Shown: positions 1 to 11,190, counted from the stretch's first letter. The stretch: 59,482 bases of DNA from an uncultured Bacilli bacterium (GCA_947629815.1 CANRFG010000005.1:1-59482); one strand, 5' to 3'. Made by a program: numbers and translations. The notes: generated from the letters alone by a model not told the origin.

Positions 1-3000
1 TATTTACTTTCTTAATGGGTTCAGTTCCAGCATTTGCTCGTGAAATGACATTACAAGAATTAGGTAAAGAAGCAAGTAAAATTCAAAAAGATGCAGGTTA
101 TGTTTACATAATTGGTGATTATGCATTTACATCAAAGTTTAACATAAAAACAGAAGATATTATGTTGGCTTCTACAACTTTGAAAATACAAAATCCAACA
201 GATTCAAAAAAAATGGTTATAAATCAAATTACAAGAACTTATAATGACAGTTATGAACCAACAGGTTGGACAAAAGGAACAAATGCTTTAGGAACAACAG
301 TTTTACCTGAAAAATTTAACATAAGTTATATTGACTATGTAATTCAACCTGATAAATCTAAGGCAGAAATTAATATAGATCTTTCAAATGATAAATTTTC
401 TGAATATAAAGATGTTTTAACTAAAGCATTAGGTTTTAAAGCTGATGAAGCATATGGTGATGGAAAATTAGATTTTAAAGATGGAAAAGTAAGTGGATTA
501 CTTTTACAAGATACAAAAATAACACTTAGTGCTTCAGATCAAGCAAAATATAAAAATCCAAAATATTTCTTTGCTTATGTATTAGAAGTACCAAATGCAA
601 GTTCAAAAACAAAAATAACTACATCTGGTATGGGTCACAATGGAGAAATAAAATGGGATAGTTTTGATATACAAGATGAAGAAGGAAAAACTCTAGGTGT
701 AGTAGTATTAGTACCTGTAGATCCTACTGAATGGGAAAAAGATAAAGATAAAACTTTAACTATTACAGTAGATGTTGATGGAGAAGGAAAATACTATGAA
801 CCTGTAGATTATAAATTAGATTTAAGTGGATTAAAATTCCAACAAGATTCAACAGCAACATTAGCAGATACTACTAATGGTGTATCACAAGAAGATTTAG
901 ATACTTTAGAAAATTGGGGATATACTTTCCCAACTAATAAGAAGTATAATTTAACACAAGATGGTGCAAATGCTAATAATTATAAATTAACAGGAAAAAT
1001 TGAACCACAACTTCTTAACGCAAATGGTTGGAGTAAAGAGGAACAAAATGGATATTTCTTCTTATTCACACTTAAGAAACCTGATGAGTTAGAAAGTGTA
1101 CCAGAAGGAGTTAAAGTAACAGTAACAGGAGATGAAACTAAAACTTTTGGTAAAGAATACTTTAATGAAGAAGGTATATTTGTAGACTTATTTAAATTAA
1201 ATCCTAATTGTGAAAGTGATTGCAAAATTACAATCAAAGTTGATTGGGATGGAGATGGAGAAGAATATTTAGAATCTAAAGAAATTACAATAAGCTATAA
1301 TAAGAAAGACTTAGTTTTTGAAAAATCATCTAAGTTTAGTGTAGAATCTATTGATAATTCTGGAGAGACTGCACTTGATGAAGCTTATGGTTGGAAAAAG
1401 CCAGATAAATTTGGGGTTAAATTTGATACTACAGGAACAACTGTAAAAGTAACAGGATTATTACCAATATTAGAATCATTTGGTGAGAAACATCCATTTG
1501 AAGAAGATGAAGCAACAGGATATTACTTACCATTTGTAATTAAAACTTTAGATAAAACAACTAATGGAAGTGATAAAGTAACTGTTCAATTTATCCATAA
1601 AGGAGAAGAAGGTAAAACTATTACATCTGAATCTTTTGATGGAAATGATGTACTTTATATTTTAAGACATCTTGATAAAAAAGCTACAGATAGAACATTT
1701 GAAATTGTAGTAGATATGGATGGAGACGGAGAAGAGTATGCTCCATACACAATTACATTTGATTGGAGTGAATTAAAACTTCAAGAAAAAACAGTTGCTG
1801 AAGTTAAAGTTGATAGTGCATCAGCAACTGATAAAGAACAATTAAAAGGATATGGTTATAAATCTGAAGTTAATTCAGATGTTAAAATTTCTGGAACTGC
1901 TGGAAATTATACATTAGAAGGTAAATTAGTTGAACAAGTACTTAAAGAAAATGTTTTCACTAATAATACAGGGTACTATTTTGATTTTACATTTAAATTA
2001 CCAGAAGGTGTAAAACCTGAAAATGTTAAAATATCACATTTAACTGATGAAACTTTAAATAATAATGGTAAAATTAAAAAAACATTTAAGGATAGTGAAT
2101 ATGACAAAGAAGATAATAGTTTAACAATTCTTTATCAATTCACAGAAGATCCTAATTGCAAAGGTAACTCTGGAAATTGTAAATTATATTACAGTGTAGA
2201 TTACGATGGTGAAGGTGATGAATATCTACCTACATTAGTAACAATAGATTATAGCAAACTTACTTTTGAAAAATCATCATTATTTACTGTAGTAGCAATA
2301 GATGATACTAATAAGAGTCAATATGACGATGATGGTTGGTATAATGAAGAAGATGGTTATTCCGTAAGTGTAGTAAAAGATGATAAAGATCCAAATAAGT
2401 ATAAAGTAAGTGGAGTTTTACCAAAACTTGAAGATAGTGATTGGGATGGTAATGATGCACCATTCGAAGATAATGGAAGTTTACTTTACTATTTAGGACT
2501 AGGACTTAAGTTAACAAATGCTCCCGAAGATTATAATTCTCAAGGAGATAAAAAAATTAATATTTTATTTGAACATGATGCAGAAAGTAATAATTTTAAG
2601 AAACTTTTTGGTAGTGACTTTGATAAATCTTCAACTGTTTATATTTTAAAAGCATTAAAAGCAACTAATGAAGATGGTTCACATCTTAAAGGTAGTGAAA
2701 AATGGTTTACTATTACAGTTGATTTAGATGGTGATGACAATGATGAATATGCTCCATATGAAGTAACAATTGATTATAGTGAATTGAAATTTCAAGATTC
2801 TTCTTCTGGTGCTAGTTTCGATTTATTAGATACAGAAAATTTAGATGATAATTCTCCAGAGAAAGAAGAACTAGAAGGATATGATTTTGATTCAACAACA
2901 GTAAAAGAAGTAAAAGCTAAATTAAATCATGAACAACCTGATAGAGAACCTTATATCGAAGGAATTGAAGGTACAATTAAAGAGCAAACTTTACAAAGTG

Positions 3001-6000
3001 GTTTTACAAATAATAAAGGATATTTTGTACCCATTAAAATATCAGTTCCAAAAGATGAAGATTGGTTTGCAGATTATAAAAATACTTGGAAATTGATATT
3101 AAATACTGAAAGTGGAAAGGAGAAGACTTATCAGCCAACTCCTGAAGAATATGAACAAGGTTGGGTAATGGTTTTATTTAGATTAGATGATAAGTCTACT
3201 AAAGAAATTAAATATAAAATCGATTTTGATGGAGATGGAGATGCTTTCTTACCAGATGAGTATACAATTGATTATAGCGAATTAAAATTTGAAGAAGCAC
3301 ATAAATTAACATTTAATGGGCTAAAAACAGGGTTAACAGTATATGATGGTGATACAATTACAGAAGATATGTTACCAGAAGATACACCAGAGGTTTCTGA
3401 TGCATATCATAATTTTGCTTATTGGGCAAATGAAGAAGGTACAAATATTGTAGGTACAAAAATTACTTCTGATACAGAAGATAATATAACTTTAGAACCA
3501 CATTGGAATTTGTATTCAGATAAATTTATAGCTGATGTTCTTGAAGATTTGAATAAAACAGAAGATTCGAAATCAGAAGACTTTAGTAGTGAATTTAAAA
3601 TCGAAGATTATGTAGAAAATAGTGGAGAAATTACTATTACAGTAATTGATCCTACAACTAAATTATCAAGAATGAATGATACAAGCATTCCAGGGGCAAT
3701 AGCTTATATATTATCAAAAGATGAAATTAACGAAATAACATTATCAGTTAATGGAGAAGAAAAAACATTTACAAAAAATGGTATAGAAGACCAAGCAGAA
3801 TTAAAGAAAGCTATTCAAGATGGCGCAAAAGAATTATACTCAAAAATATTAAAAGAAAATTTTGGTGATAAAACTGATGAAGATGTAACTTTAGGAGAAA
3901 TTGCTAATAAAGAAGGATATGAGAGTTTCACATTGAAATTTAATCCAGAAAAAGTTTCAAAAACAGTTACACTTGTAAAAGCACCTGCTCAACAAGGAAT
4001 TTCACTTGCAAGTAATATAGAAGTACCAACTGATTACAAGTTTACATTTGAATCAGATATGGTTGTTGTAAAAACACAACAAGAATTAGAAAATGCATTA
4101 AGTAGTAAGGCAGAACATATATTTATAGGTGATAATTTTGAAGTTAATAAAACTATAGATATTAATAGAAAAGTAGTAATAAGTGGAAATGAAAAATATA
4201 CTATAACTGCTGGAAGTAATGTTGACACAATATTTACTGTAAAATCTATGGGAGTAACTATTGATACGATTAAATTAGCGAATGCAAAAACATCAATTGT
4301 TGTTGAAAGTAACGGAAATTTAGTATCAACAGGATTAGAAATTAGTGTAACAGGTGCAGAAGCTGGTATAGAAGTTAAAACAGGAGGAACTTTCACAGGA
4401 AGTGAAATAACTTATGAAGGTGAAAAATATAGTAAACCTTTAGTTAAAGCACAAGATAGTGCAACTGTTAATGTAACTAATATTAAAAAAGAAATTTCTA
4501 AACCTATTACAATGCAAGAAGTTAAAAGATATGAAAAACCAAGCAGTGATATAGTTTCAAACTATATTGGAGATGAATTAATTAACAAAGAGGGTTATAA
4601 TTACAAAAATTATTATAATGACCCTGATGTGGAACACAATTTTATAAAAATAGTTTATAGTGGAGACCGTGTTACTACATCTTATCCAATTTCATTTACA
4701 AGATGGTTTGACAAAGAACATCCTGATAAAATTGAACCAGATGATGATATAAAATATTTAACTACATATAGTGATGCTTTAGCAGATTACACTATTGAAG
4801 CTTGGGTAAAAGGAGCTGAAAGCTATGAAAAAGGTAAGGTTCCACAACCAACAGAAGATACTTACTATGGAGCTGATTTAAAAGCAACTTACCACGCAGA
4901 AGTAACTACTGTAAAAGATGAGCAACAATTAAAAGAAGCAGTGAGTGAAAAGGGTGTTCATAGTGTAATTATAGTTGAAGGAAAAATTTCATTAACGAGT
5001 GAATTAAATATTGAAAAAGACAATATTACAATTATTGGAGTAAATTCAAAAGGAATTAAGAATTATGCTACTATTGAGGGTAAAATAAAAGTATCTTCAG
5101 ATGATGTACATTTTGAAAAAATTAATATTATAGGTAATTCAAGTACTGAAGATGAAAATCAAAATGTTATTACTGTTGAAGGAACAGGATTTAGTACTTA
5201 TCAAGCAAATGTTAGTGCAAATGCAATAACTGGAGGAAAAAATTGGCATAGTTTAGTCGAATTTACACATGAAAATCCAAGTACTATTATTTACTTTGGT
5301 AATTTTGAAGGCTCTAATGCTGAAATGATAATTAATTTTGAAAAAGCAATAGGTAATTCTTCTAAAATTGTAGGGAATAATTTTAATGGGGCTTTAGAAA
5401 CAAAAGAATTTATTTATATAAATGCTATTGATAATGATGCTAATATTGAAATTAGGCAACAAACTGCAACTTTTGTAGGTCAAAATGAATATGGTATTAG
5501 GATTAAAGCACCTAAAGAAAAAACAACTGCTAAAATTAGTTTAGGTTCATTCTGGGCTAATAGTCTTAATAAAACTCTTAAAATAGGAATTGATGTAACT
5601 GACACTGATTATGATGCATCTGGATTCACTTTCGAAGCAGGCGCTATATTTGAAGATAAAATAAAAATTGAATATATTGATGCTGAAGGTCATACTTCAG
5701 AAACTAATCCAAAAGGTGTTACATATAATGCAACACTTAAAATTGGAGATAAAATAGTATCTTCTAATATTCCAGAATCTGCAACTATTTCAGGTTTAAC
5801 TAAAAATGGTAATACATATTCTGGATTAGTAAGTCAAAGTGTTGATGGTAAATTTTATTTACCATTGACACTAACATCAAGTAAATTTGATGATAGAGTA
5901 TCTACAGTAACTGTTACAGACCCAAATGGTAATAGCGAGGAATATTTATATTCTTCAAGAAGTAATAATGGTGTAGCAATAAGTAGTGCTAATACAATGC

Positions 6001-6878
6001 AATTAAACTTAGAGGCTATAAAATCTTCAAAAATTAGTAATGAAGCTGGAAAAGTTTATAATATTGCTATTGATTATAATGGTGATAAAAAAATAGATAA
6101 TACATATACAATTGATTATAGTGGTGTAGAAACTTTAGAAGAAAAAATTAATGCAGCAGCGCAAAATACATTAAATTCTAAAAGTTTTACAGTAAAAAAA
6201 GATAATCATATAAATGGTTATACTGAAGCTTTTACTTATAAATTTAATAATGACTTAGGTTTAACTCATTTAATATCTGATAAAGATAATGTAGAAGAAT
6301 ATACATTCTCTTTAAAGTATGTTGGAAAAGAAAATTCTAAAGCTAGTGTAGTAACAAGAAAACAAACTAAACATGAAGAAGGAAAAGTATATATCAATGA
6401 TTGGGAATATATTCATCCAATTCAAGTAGGTCGCACTATTCAAGAAGTTACAATGCTAACTGATGTTATGGGAGAAACTTATATCAATGCTATAGATAAA
6501 GTAAAATTAGCTGAAGGAAAAGCACATACTTATATAGCAACTTTAAATAGAGACAAATATAATGATTGGGTAAAAAAGAATTATCTTTCAAACTCAAAAT
6601 ATAGTTCTGCTGAATGGGCTTTAGATGATACAGTAGAAGTTGAAGTTGAACTAGATGATAATGAACAATATATAAAGAGCATAAAAACAAGTCAAAAAAG
6701 TTCAGATAATACATTTAATGTTTCTTTTGAAAATGTAAATTCAACTGACATAAAAGCACCAAAAGAATTTTTAGCAGAAAATGACAAAGCTCTTACTGAA
6801 CAAGATATCATTGATTTTTATAACAAAGGAATCAAATGGTGGGAAGATTATACAGGAGCTACTGTATATTCAGAATAA
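1..6878 (+). CDS. Giant secreted/surface repeat protein (>2287 aa, 5' end probably outside the window): six ~160-175 aa DxDGxG repeats, an InlB-B/Listeria-Bacteroides-like repeat and two beta-helix-like regions
   Basis: The frame is open upstream of ATG 15 (..FTFL-MGSVPAFA|RE resembles the end of a signal peptide). Repeated V/I-D-x-D-G-x-G...Y-x-P...IDYSxLxF motifs. LTFNG..VYDG..P..F..W...ITLEPHW resembles an InlB B repeat. VKTQQELENAL and VKDEQQLKEAV resemble N-caps of pectin-lyase-like beta-helices. Acidic composition. Confidence 0.75.
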   Translation, partial: FTFLMGSVPAFAREMTLQELGKEASKIQKDAGYVYIIGDYAFTSKFNIKTEDIMLASTTLKIQNPTDSKKMVINQITRTYNDSYEPTGWTKGTNALGTTVLPEKFNISYIDYVIQPDKSKAEINIDLSNDKFSEYKDVLTKALGFKADEAYGDGKLDFKDGKVSGLLLQDTKITLSASDQAKYKNPKYFFAYVLEVPNASSKTKITTSGMGHNGEIKWDSFDIQDEEGKTLGVVVLVPVDPTEWEKDKDKTLTITVDVDGEGKYYEPVDYKLDLSGLKFQQDSTATLADTTNGVSQEDLDTLENWGYTFPTNKKYNLTQDGANANNYKLTGKIEPQLLNANGWSKEEQNGYFFLFTLKKPDELESVPEGVKVTVTGDETKTFGKEYFNEEGIFVDLFKLNPNCESDCKITIKVDWDGDGEEYLESKEITISYNKKDLVFEKSSKFSVESIDNSGETALDEAYGWKKPDKFGVKFDTTGTTVKVTGLLPILESFGEKHPFEEDEATGYYLPFVIKTLDKTTNGSDKVTVQFIHKGEEGKTITSESFDGNDVLYILRHLDKKATDRTFEIVVDMDGDGEEYAPYTITFDWSELKLQEKTVAEVKVDSASATDKEQLKGYGYKSEVNSDVKISGTAGNYTLEGKLVEQVLKENVFTNNTGYYFDFTFKLPEGVKPENVKISHLTDETLNNNGKIKKTFKDSEYDKEDNSLTILYQFTEDPNCKGNSGNCKLYYSVDYDGEGDEYLPTLVTIDYSKLTFEKSSLFTVVAIDDTNKSQYDDDGWYNEEDGYSVSVVKDDKDPNKYKVSGVLPKLEDSDWDGNDAPFEDNGSLLYYLGLGLKLTNAPEDYNSQGDKKINILFEHDAESNNFKKLFGSDFDKSSTVYILKALKATNEDGSHLKGSEKWFTITVDLDGDDNDEYAPYEVTIDYSELKFQDSSSGASFDLLDTENLDDNSPEKEELEGYDFDSTTVKEVKAKLNHEQPDREPYIEGIEGTIKEQTLQSGFTNNKGYFVPIKISVPKDEDWFADYKNTWKLILNTESGKEKTYQPTPEEYEQGWVMVLFRLDDKSTKEIKYKIDFDGDGDAFLPDEYTIDYSELKFEEAHKLTFNGLKTGLTVYDGDTITEDMLPEDTPEVSDAYHNFAYWANEEGTNIVGTKITSDTEDNITLEPHWNLYSDKFIADVLEDLNKTEDSKSEDFSSEFKIEDYVENSGEITITVIDPTTKLSRMNDTSIPGAIAYILSKDEINEITLSVNGEEKTFTKNGIEDQAELKKAIQDGAKELYSKILKENFGDKTDEDVTLGEIANKEGYESFTLKFNPEKVSKTVTLVKAPAQQGISLASNIEVPTDYKFTFESDMVVVKTQQELENALSSKAEHIFIGDNFEVNKTIDINRKVVISGNEKYTITAGSNVDTIFTVKSMGVTIDTIKLANAKTSIVVESNGNLVSTGLEISVTGAEAGIEVKTGGTFTGSEITYEGEKYSKPLVKAQDSATVNVTNIKKEISKPITMQEVKRYEKPSSDIVSNYIGDELINKEGYNYKNYYNDPDVEHNFIKIVYSGDRVTTSYPISFTRWFDKEHPDKIEPDDDIKYLTTYSDALADYTIEAWVKGAESYEKGKVPQPTEDTYYGADLKATYHAEVTTVKDEQQLKEAVSEKGVHSVIIVEGKISLTSELNIEKDNITIIGVNSKGIKNYATIEGKIKVSSDDVHFEKINIIGNSSTEDENQNVITVEGTGFSTYQANVSANAITGGKNWHSLVEFTHENPSTIIYFGNFEGSNAEMIINFEKAIGNSSKIVGNNFNGALETKEFIYINAIDNDANIEIRQQTATFVGQNEYGIRIKAPKEKTTAKISLGSFWANSLNKTLKIGIDVTDTDYDASGFTFEAGAIFEDKIKIEYIDAEGHTSETNPKGVTYNATLKIGDKIVSSNIPESATISGLTKNGNTYSGLVSQSVDGKFYLPLTLTSSKFDDRVSTVTVTDPNGNSEEYLYSSRSNNGVAISSANTMQLNLEAIKSSKISNEAGKVYNIAIDYNGDKKIDNTYTIDYSGVETLEEKINAAAQNTLNSKSFTVKKDNHINGYTEAFTYKFNNDLGLTHLISDKDNVEEYTFSLKYVGKENSKASVVTRKQTKHEEGKVYINDWEYIHPIQVGRTIQEVTMLTDVMGETYINAIDKVKLAEGKAHTYIATLNRDKYNDWVKKNYLSNSKYSSAEWALDDTVEVEVELDDNEQYIKSIKTSQKSSDNTFNVSFENVNSTDIKAPKEFLAENDKALTEQDIIDFYNKGIKWWEDYTGATVYSE

Positions 6879-6880
6879 AA

Positions 6881-6912
6881 AAAAGGTGTGATGGCGACAT
6901 TACACCTTTATT
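6881..6912 (+). terminator. Intrinsic terminator-like hairpin
   Basis: AAAGGTGTGATG-GCGA-CATTACACCTTT stem (one G-U) directly after the stop codon. Confidence 0.7.
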
Positions 6913-6931
6913 TAAAATATAAGGAGGTAAA

Positions 6932-7474
6932 ATGAAAAAACTATTATATATGTTTTTTCTTCTGGTGCTTTTATGTTTACCAACTACATCAAAGGCACTT
7001 GCAACTAACTCTTCTTACAATAACATTGTAGTATATTTCATTTATGAAGATAATTGTAATAGTTGTGATAAAGGAAAAGAATTTTTAGAACAACATTTAA
7101 AAGACAACAATCGTGTTAGAGCAGAATATATTAAAGTTGATAATAATAAAGAATTAAACACAAAACTTAGAAAAGCATTAAATATAAAAAAAGAAGATAC
7201 TCCTTTAATTATAATAGGAACTAATTACTTTATTGGATTCAACAATAAAATTAAAGAAAATCTAACAGAAGCAATAAAATCTTATGAAAATACTGCTGAT
7301 TATTGTGATGTAGTATCAAGAGTACGAAATAATGAAGAAATTAAAGATTGTATAAATTTTAATAAAGATATTTATAAAGAAAAAACACCAACTTTTTTAA
7401 TAATAATTTCAATATTAGGTGGAATTTGTTTAATTACATGTACTTGTTTAATAATCAAGAGAAAAAGTAGATAA
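6932..7474 (+). CDS. Exported thioredoxin/glutaredoxin-fold protein with a C-terminal membrane anchor
   Basis: RBS AAGGAGG, signal peptide, YFIYEDNCNSC (CxxC), cis-Pro-like TPLIIIG, C-terminal hydrophobic helix and basic tail. Confidence 0.75.
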   Translation: MKKLLYMFFLLVLLCLPTTSKALATNSSYNNIVVYFIYEDNCNSCDKGKEFLEQHLKDNNRVRAEYIKVDNNKELNTKLRKALNIKKEDTPLIIIGTNYFIGFNNKIKENLTEAIKSYENTADYCDVVSRVRNNEEIKDCINFNKDIYKEKTPTFLIIISILGGICLITCTCLIIKRKSR

Positions 7475-7566
7475 TCTACTTTTTTTGATTTATAATTTTC
7501 TTTACAAAAGATATTATTTTATATATAATTAAATTATAAATATAAAAATAGTTGGGAGTTATATAA

Positions 7567-8892
7567 ATGGAAAAAGCAATTCAAAAAATAAATTTTATTT
7601 CTATATGTTTTTTAATTATATATACTCCTTTAATATATTTTTTAAAACTTATATTTTCTCCTTTTAAAATATTAAATGGATTTTTATATTTTTATGAAAT
7701 ATTATATTTGTTTATTCCAATAGGAATATTTATATATGTATATAATTTGATAAAGAAAAACATTAAAATAACTAAATATGATATTTTTATATATATATTA
7801 ATAATACTTGGAATAATAGTAACAATAAATGCAGTAGATGTTAAAACATCAATATATGGAGCATATTTAAGAAATGAAGGATTGCTTTCTTTATTAAGTT
7901 ATTATTTATTATTTTTAAATAGTAGAAGTTTAAAAGAAAAAGAAATAAAAAAAATTATAAATATACTTTTTATAGTAGGTATATTTCAATTTATATATAG
8001 TTTTTTACAAGTTTTTGTAAGAGGAGAATATGTTGAAACATTTTCATTAGAAAATATTAATTATATGGCTAGTGGATTTTCAGGTAATCCTAATATGTTA
8101 GGTAGTTATTGTATTTTATTATTGGGTATTTCAATAATGTATTATTTAATATATCATTCAAAAAAATATTTAATTTTAAGTGTAATATTTTATATAAATC
8201 TTATTTTCGCACAATCAACAGGTCCTTTTTTTACATTAATATTTTTATTAATATTTATAATAATATTTTTACATAAGAAAAATATTGATTTAAAAAAAGT
8301 ATACATAATTTTAAGTTTATTTTTTGTTACATTTATACTAGTTAGTAATGTAACAGAATTTTATGTAAGTAAAGTATTTAATGATAAGATAGAAAAAAGT
8401 TATACAATAAAAGGGGATATTTTAAATACGTTGTCATTGTTTTCTAATTCTAGTGGAAATGATAATGAAGTAACAATTGATAATTATGGTTCTGGTAGGT
8501 TTACAATTTGGAAAAATACTATGAAAATAGTTCCTAAATATTTTTGGTTAGGTTCTGGAATTGATAATTTTGGATATGTATATAAACAATCTGTTGATTC
8601 ATATTGTGATAAAGCACATAATGAATATTTACAAATATTAGTAACAGAAGGTATATTTACTTTAATTACTTATTTATCATTATTATTTAATTTATTTATT
8701 GATGGAATTAAGAGTAAAAATAAATTAGTTTGGGTATTACTTATGAGTTTTATAGGTTACGCTGTTCAAGCATTTTTAAATATTAGTAGTGTTTTAGTTG
8801 CGCCTATTTATTTTATAATTATAGGTATGCTTTCAGGATTAATTTATAAAGACAAATATATTAAAATGGAGGTAAAAAATGATAACATTTGA
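7567..8892 (+). CDS. O-antigen ligase (Wzy_C)-family polytopic membrane protein
   Basis: Many TM helices; GNPN motif; SGRFTIW, GSGIDNF and AHNEYLQILVTEGI motifs typical of the family. Confidence 0.8.
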   Translation: MEKAIQKINFISICFLIIYTPLIYFLKLIFSPFKILNGFLYFYEILYLFIPIGIFIYVYNLIKKNIKITKYDIFIYILIILGIIVTINAVDVKTSIYGAYLRNEGLLSLLSYYLLFLNSRSLKEKEIKKIINILFIVGIFQFIYSFLQVFVRGEYVETFSLENINYMASGFSGNPNMLGSYCILLLGISIMYYLIYHSKKYLILSVIFYINLIFAQSTGPFFTLIFLLIFIIIFLHKKNIDLKKVYIILSLFFVTFILVSNVTEFYVSKVFNDKIEKSYTIKGDILNTLSLFSNSSGNDNEVTIDNYGSGRFTIWKNTMKIVPKYFWLGSGIDNFGYVYKQSVDSYCDKAHNEYLQILVTEGIFTLITYLSLLFNLFIDGIKSKNKLVWVLLMSFIGYAVQAFLNISSVLVAPIYFIIIGMLSGLIYKDKYIKMEVKNDNI

Positions 8893-9205
8893 TGATTTTG
8901 TTAAATTAGATATTAGAGTAGGTACGATAATAGATGCACAAATGTTTGAAAAAGCAATAAAACCTGCATATAAATTAAAAATAGATTTCGGAGAAATTGG
9001 TATTAAAACTTCATCAGCTCAAATAACTAAGTTGTATAAAGAAAAAGATTTGATAGGTAAACAGATTTTAGCAGTTGTTAATTTCCCACCAAAACAAATA
9101 TCAAATTTTATTTCAGAAGTATTAGTTTTAGGTACTTATAGTGAAAATGGAGTAGTATTAATAACCCCTGATATAAAAGTTAGTAATGGTGATAAATTAG
9201 GGTAG
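8879..9205 (+). CDS. csaA: CsaA / tRNA-binding OB-fold protein
   Basis: ITFDDFVKLDIRVGTI...SSAQIT...AVVNFPPKQI..SEVLVLG signature. Confidence 0.85.
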   Translation: MITFDDFVKLDIRVGTIIDAQMFEKAIKPAYKLKIDFGEIGIKTSSAQITKLYKEKDLIGKQILAVVNFPPKQISNFISEVLVLGTYSENGVVLITPDIKVSNGDKLG

Positions 9206-9227
9206 TTTGCAAAAAAACTAAAAATAA

Positions 9228-9276
9228 AAAGTTTTGCAAGTGTATTTGCAAAACTTTACAAAAACTGATTTTTGTA
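9228..9276 (+). promoter_or_regulatory. Two adjacent inverted repeats over the promoter region of the ATPase gene (putative operators)
   Basis: AAAGTTTTGCAA-N6-TTGCAAAACTTT and TACAAAAA-CTGA-TTTTTGTA. Confidence 0.5.
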
Positions 9277-9300
9277 GTATTATTTAATTAGGTGATAAAA

Positions 9301-10506
9301 ATGATAATTAGAGAAAAATATTTAAAAAGAATGATAGATGCAAAAGATACTGAATTTATAAAAGTAATAACAGGTGTTAGAAGAAGTGGTAAATCTACAC
9401 TTTTATTAATGTTTAGGGATTATTTACTTGAAAATAATATAAGTAGTGAAAATGTAATTTATATCAATTTTGAGTCTGCAAAGTTTGATGATATTAAAAA
9501 TTATAAAGATTTATACAAATATGTTGAACAAAGGGTTAAAAGTGATAAAGTTTATTTGTTATTAGATGAAGTACAAAATGTTAATTCTTGGGAAAAAGCA
9601 ATAAATTCTTTTAAAATTGATTTTGATGTAGATATATATATTACAGGTTCAAATGCATATTTATTATCATCTGAGTTATCCACATTATTATCAGGAAGAT
9701 ATATAGAAATAAAAATGTATCCATTATCATTTAAAGAGTTTTTAATATTTAATGATTATGATAATAATAATTTAGAAGATAAATTTAATGAATATTTAAA
9801 GTATGGTGGATTACCCGCAATAACACTTATAAAGAATAATGATGAATTAGTTCTATCTTATTTAAATGATATATATAATACTATTGTTAAAAAAGATATA
9901 ATTGACAGAAATAACATAAAGGATACAGCTTTACTTGAAAATCTAATAAAATATTTAGCTAACAATATAGGAAGTACGATTTCATCTACAAAAATAAGTG
10001 ATTATTTAAATAGTAATAAAATTGTACAAAAATCAAATCATCAAACAATTGATAATTATTTAAGTATGTTGGAAAAATCATTTATAATGTATAAAGCTGA
10101 TAGAACAGATATAAAAAGTAAATCTTTATTAAAAACTCTCGGTAAATATTATATATCAGATACAGGTATAAGAAATATAGTACTTGGTTTTAGAAATATA
10201 AATGAAGGACATTTACTTGAAAATGTAGTTTATTTAGAATTATTAAGAAGAGGATATAGAGTAAATATTGGAAAATGTAATGATTATGAAGTGGATTTTG
10301 TTGCTGAAAACCCTAATGAAATAAAATATTATCAAGTTACTCAATCTTTAATGAATGAGGAAGTTAAAAATAGAGAATTAAGAAGTTTAGAAAATATAGA
10401 AGACAATTATGAAAAAATAATATTAACTTTAGATAAGTCTATCAACAATGATTATAATGGAATAAAAGTTATAAATATAATAGATTGGTTATTAAAAGAT
10501 GAATAA
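9301..10506 (+). CDS. AAA_14 ATPase with C-terminal DUF4143 (PD-(D/E)xK-like) domain
   Basis: Walker A GVRRSGKST, Walker B LLLDEVQ, ITGSN, KYYISDTG, ENVVYLEL, EVDFV. The start at ATG 9301 follows AGGTG. Confidence 0.9.
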   Translation: MIIREKYLKRMIDAKDTEFIKVITGVRRSGKSTLLLMFRDYLLENNISSENVIYINFESAKFDDIKNYKDLYKYVEQRVKSDKVYLLLDEVQNVNSWEKAINSFKIDFDVDIYITGSNAYLLSSELSTLLSGRYIEIKMYPLSFKEFLIFNDYDNNNLEDKFNEYLKYGGLPAITLIKNNDELVLSYLNDIYNTIVKKDIIDRNNIKDTALLENLIKYLANNIGSTISSTKISDYLNSNKIVQKSNHQTIDNYLSMLEKSFIMYKADRTDIKSKSLLKTLGKYYISDTGIRNIVLGFRNINEGHLLENVVYLELLRRGYRVNIGKCNDYEVDFVAENPNEIKYYQVTQSLMNEEVKNRELRSLENIEDNYEKIILTLDKSINNDYNGIKVINIIDWLLKDE

Positions 10507-10709
10507 AATGTATTAATTTGTAATTTAAATGCTATAGAATTAGAGTGGAATTTTAAGTCTCTCTTAACTATAGTATTTTTTAATATCTAAATAATTTGAT
10601 ATTTTTTAAATACAATAAATTTATAAATTATATATAGAATATTTTTAAGTTAACTTTTATAATACCTGAAAAGAACTCAAGATATTAAGTTCTAATTACA
10701 ATAATTATA

Positions 10710-11190
10710 TTATTTATTAATACAAAATACTGCATATAATGGTACTGATTTTATGTTATTTTCAAATCCAAAATTTTTAGTAGATATCCTAATACTATAC
10801 TTAGGATTATATTTTTTAATATACTCATTTAAACTTTTACTATTGGTTCTTCTTCCACTTTTTACTTCTATTGGTATAATATCACCATTTATTTTTATTA
10901 AGAAGTCTATTTCATATTTATCAAAATTATAATAATATAATTCTTTTGATTTAGGATATAATTCACAAGCTATATAGTTTTCAGTTAAAACACCTTTAAA
11001 TATTTCATTTTTATCTAAAATAATTTCACTATAGTCTAAATTAGATAATGATCTAAGTAAACCTACATCACTTAAATATAATTTAAATTTGTCAGAATTA
11101 ACGAATGCTTTAAGTGGTGATTCATTTTTTTTCTGTTAGGTTACACCTTAATATCATATTACTAGCAAGTAACCAATCTAAACTACTTTT
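10710..11190 (-). pseudogene. 5'-truncated, frameshifted C-terminal remnant of a second AAA_14/DUF4143 ATPase
   Basis: The minus strand reads SSLDWLLASNMILRCNLTEK, then a +1 shift in an A8 run (11125-11132), then NESPLKAF..FKLYLSDVGLL..GVLTENYIACEL..YEIDFL..PIEVKSG..VPLYAVFCINK*. No start codon and no ATPase domain. Confidence 0.85.
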
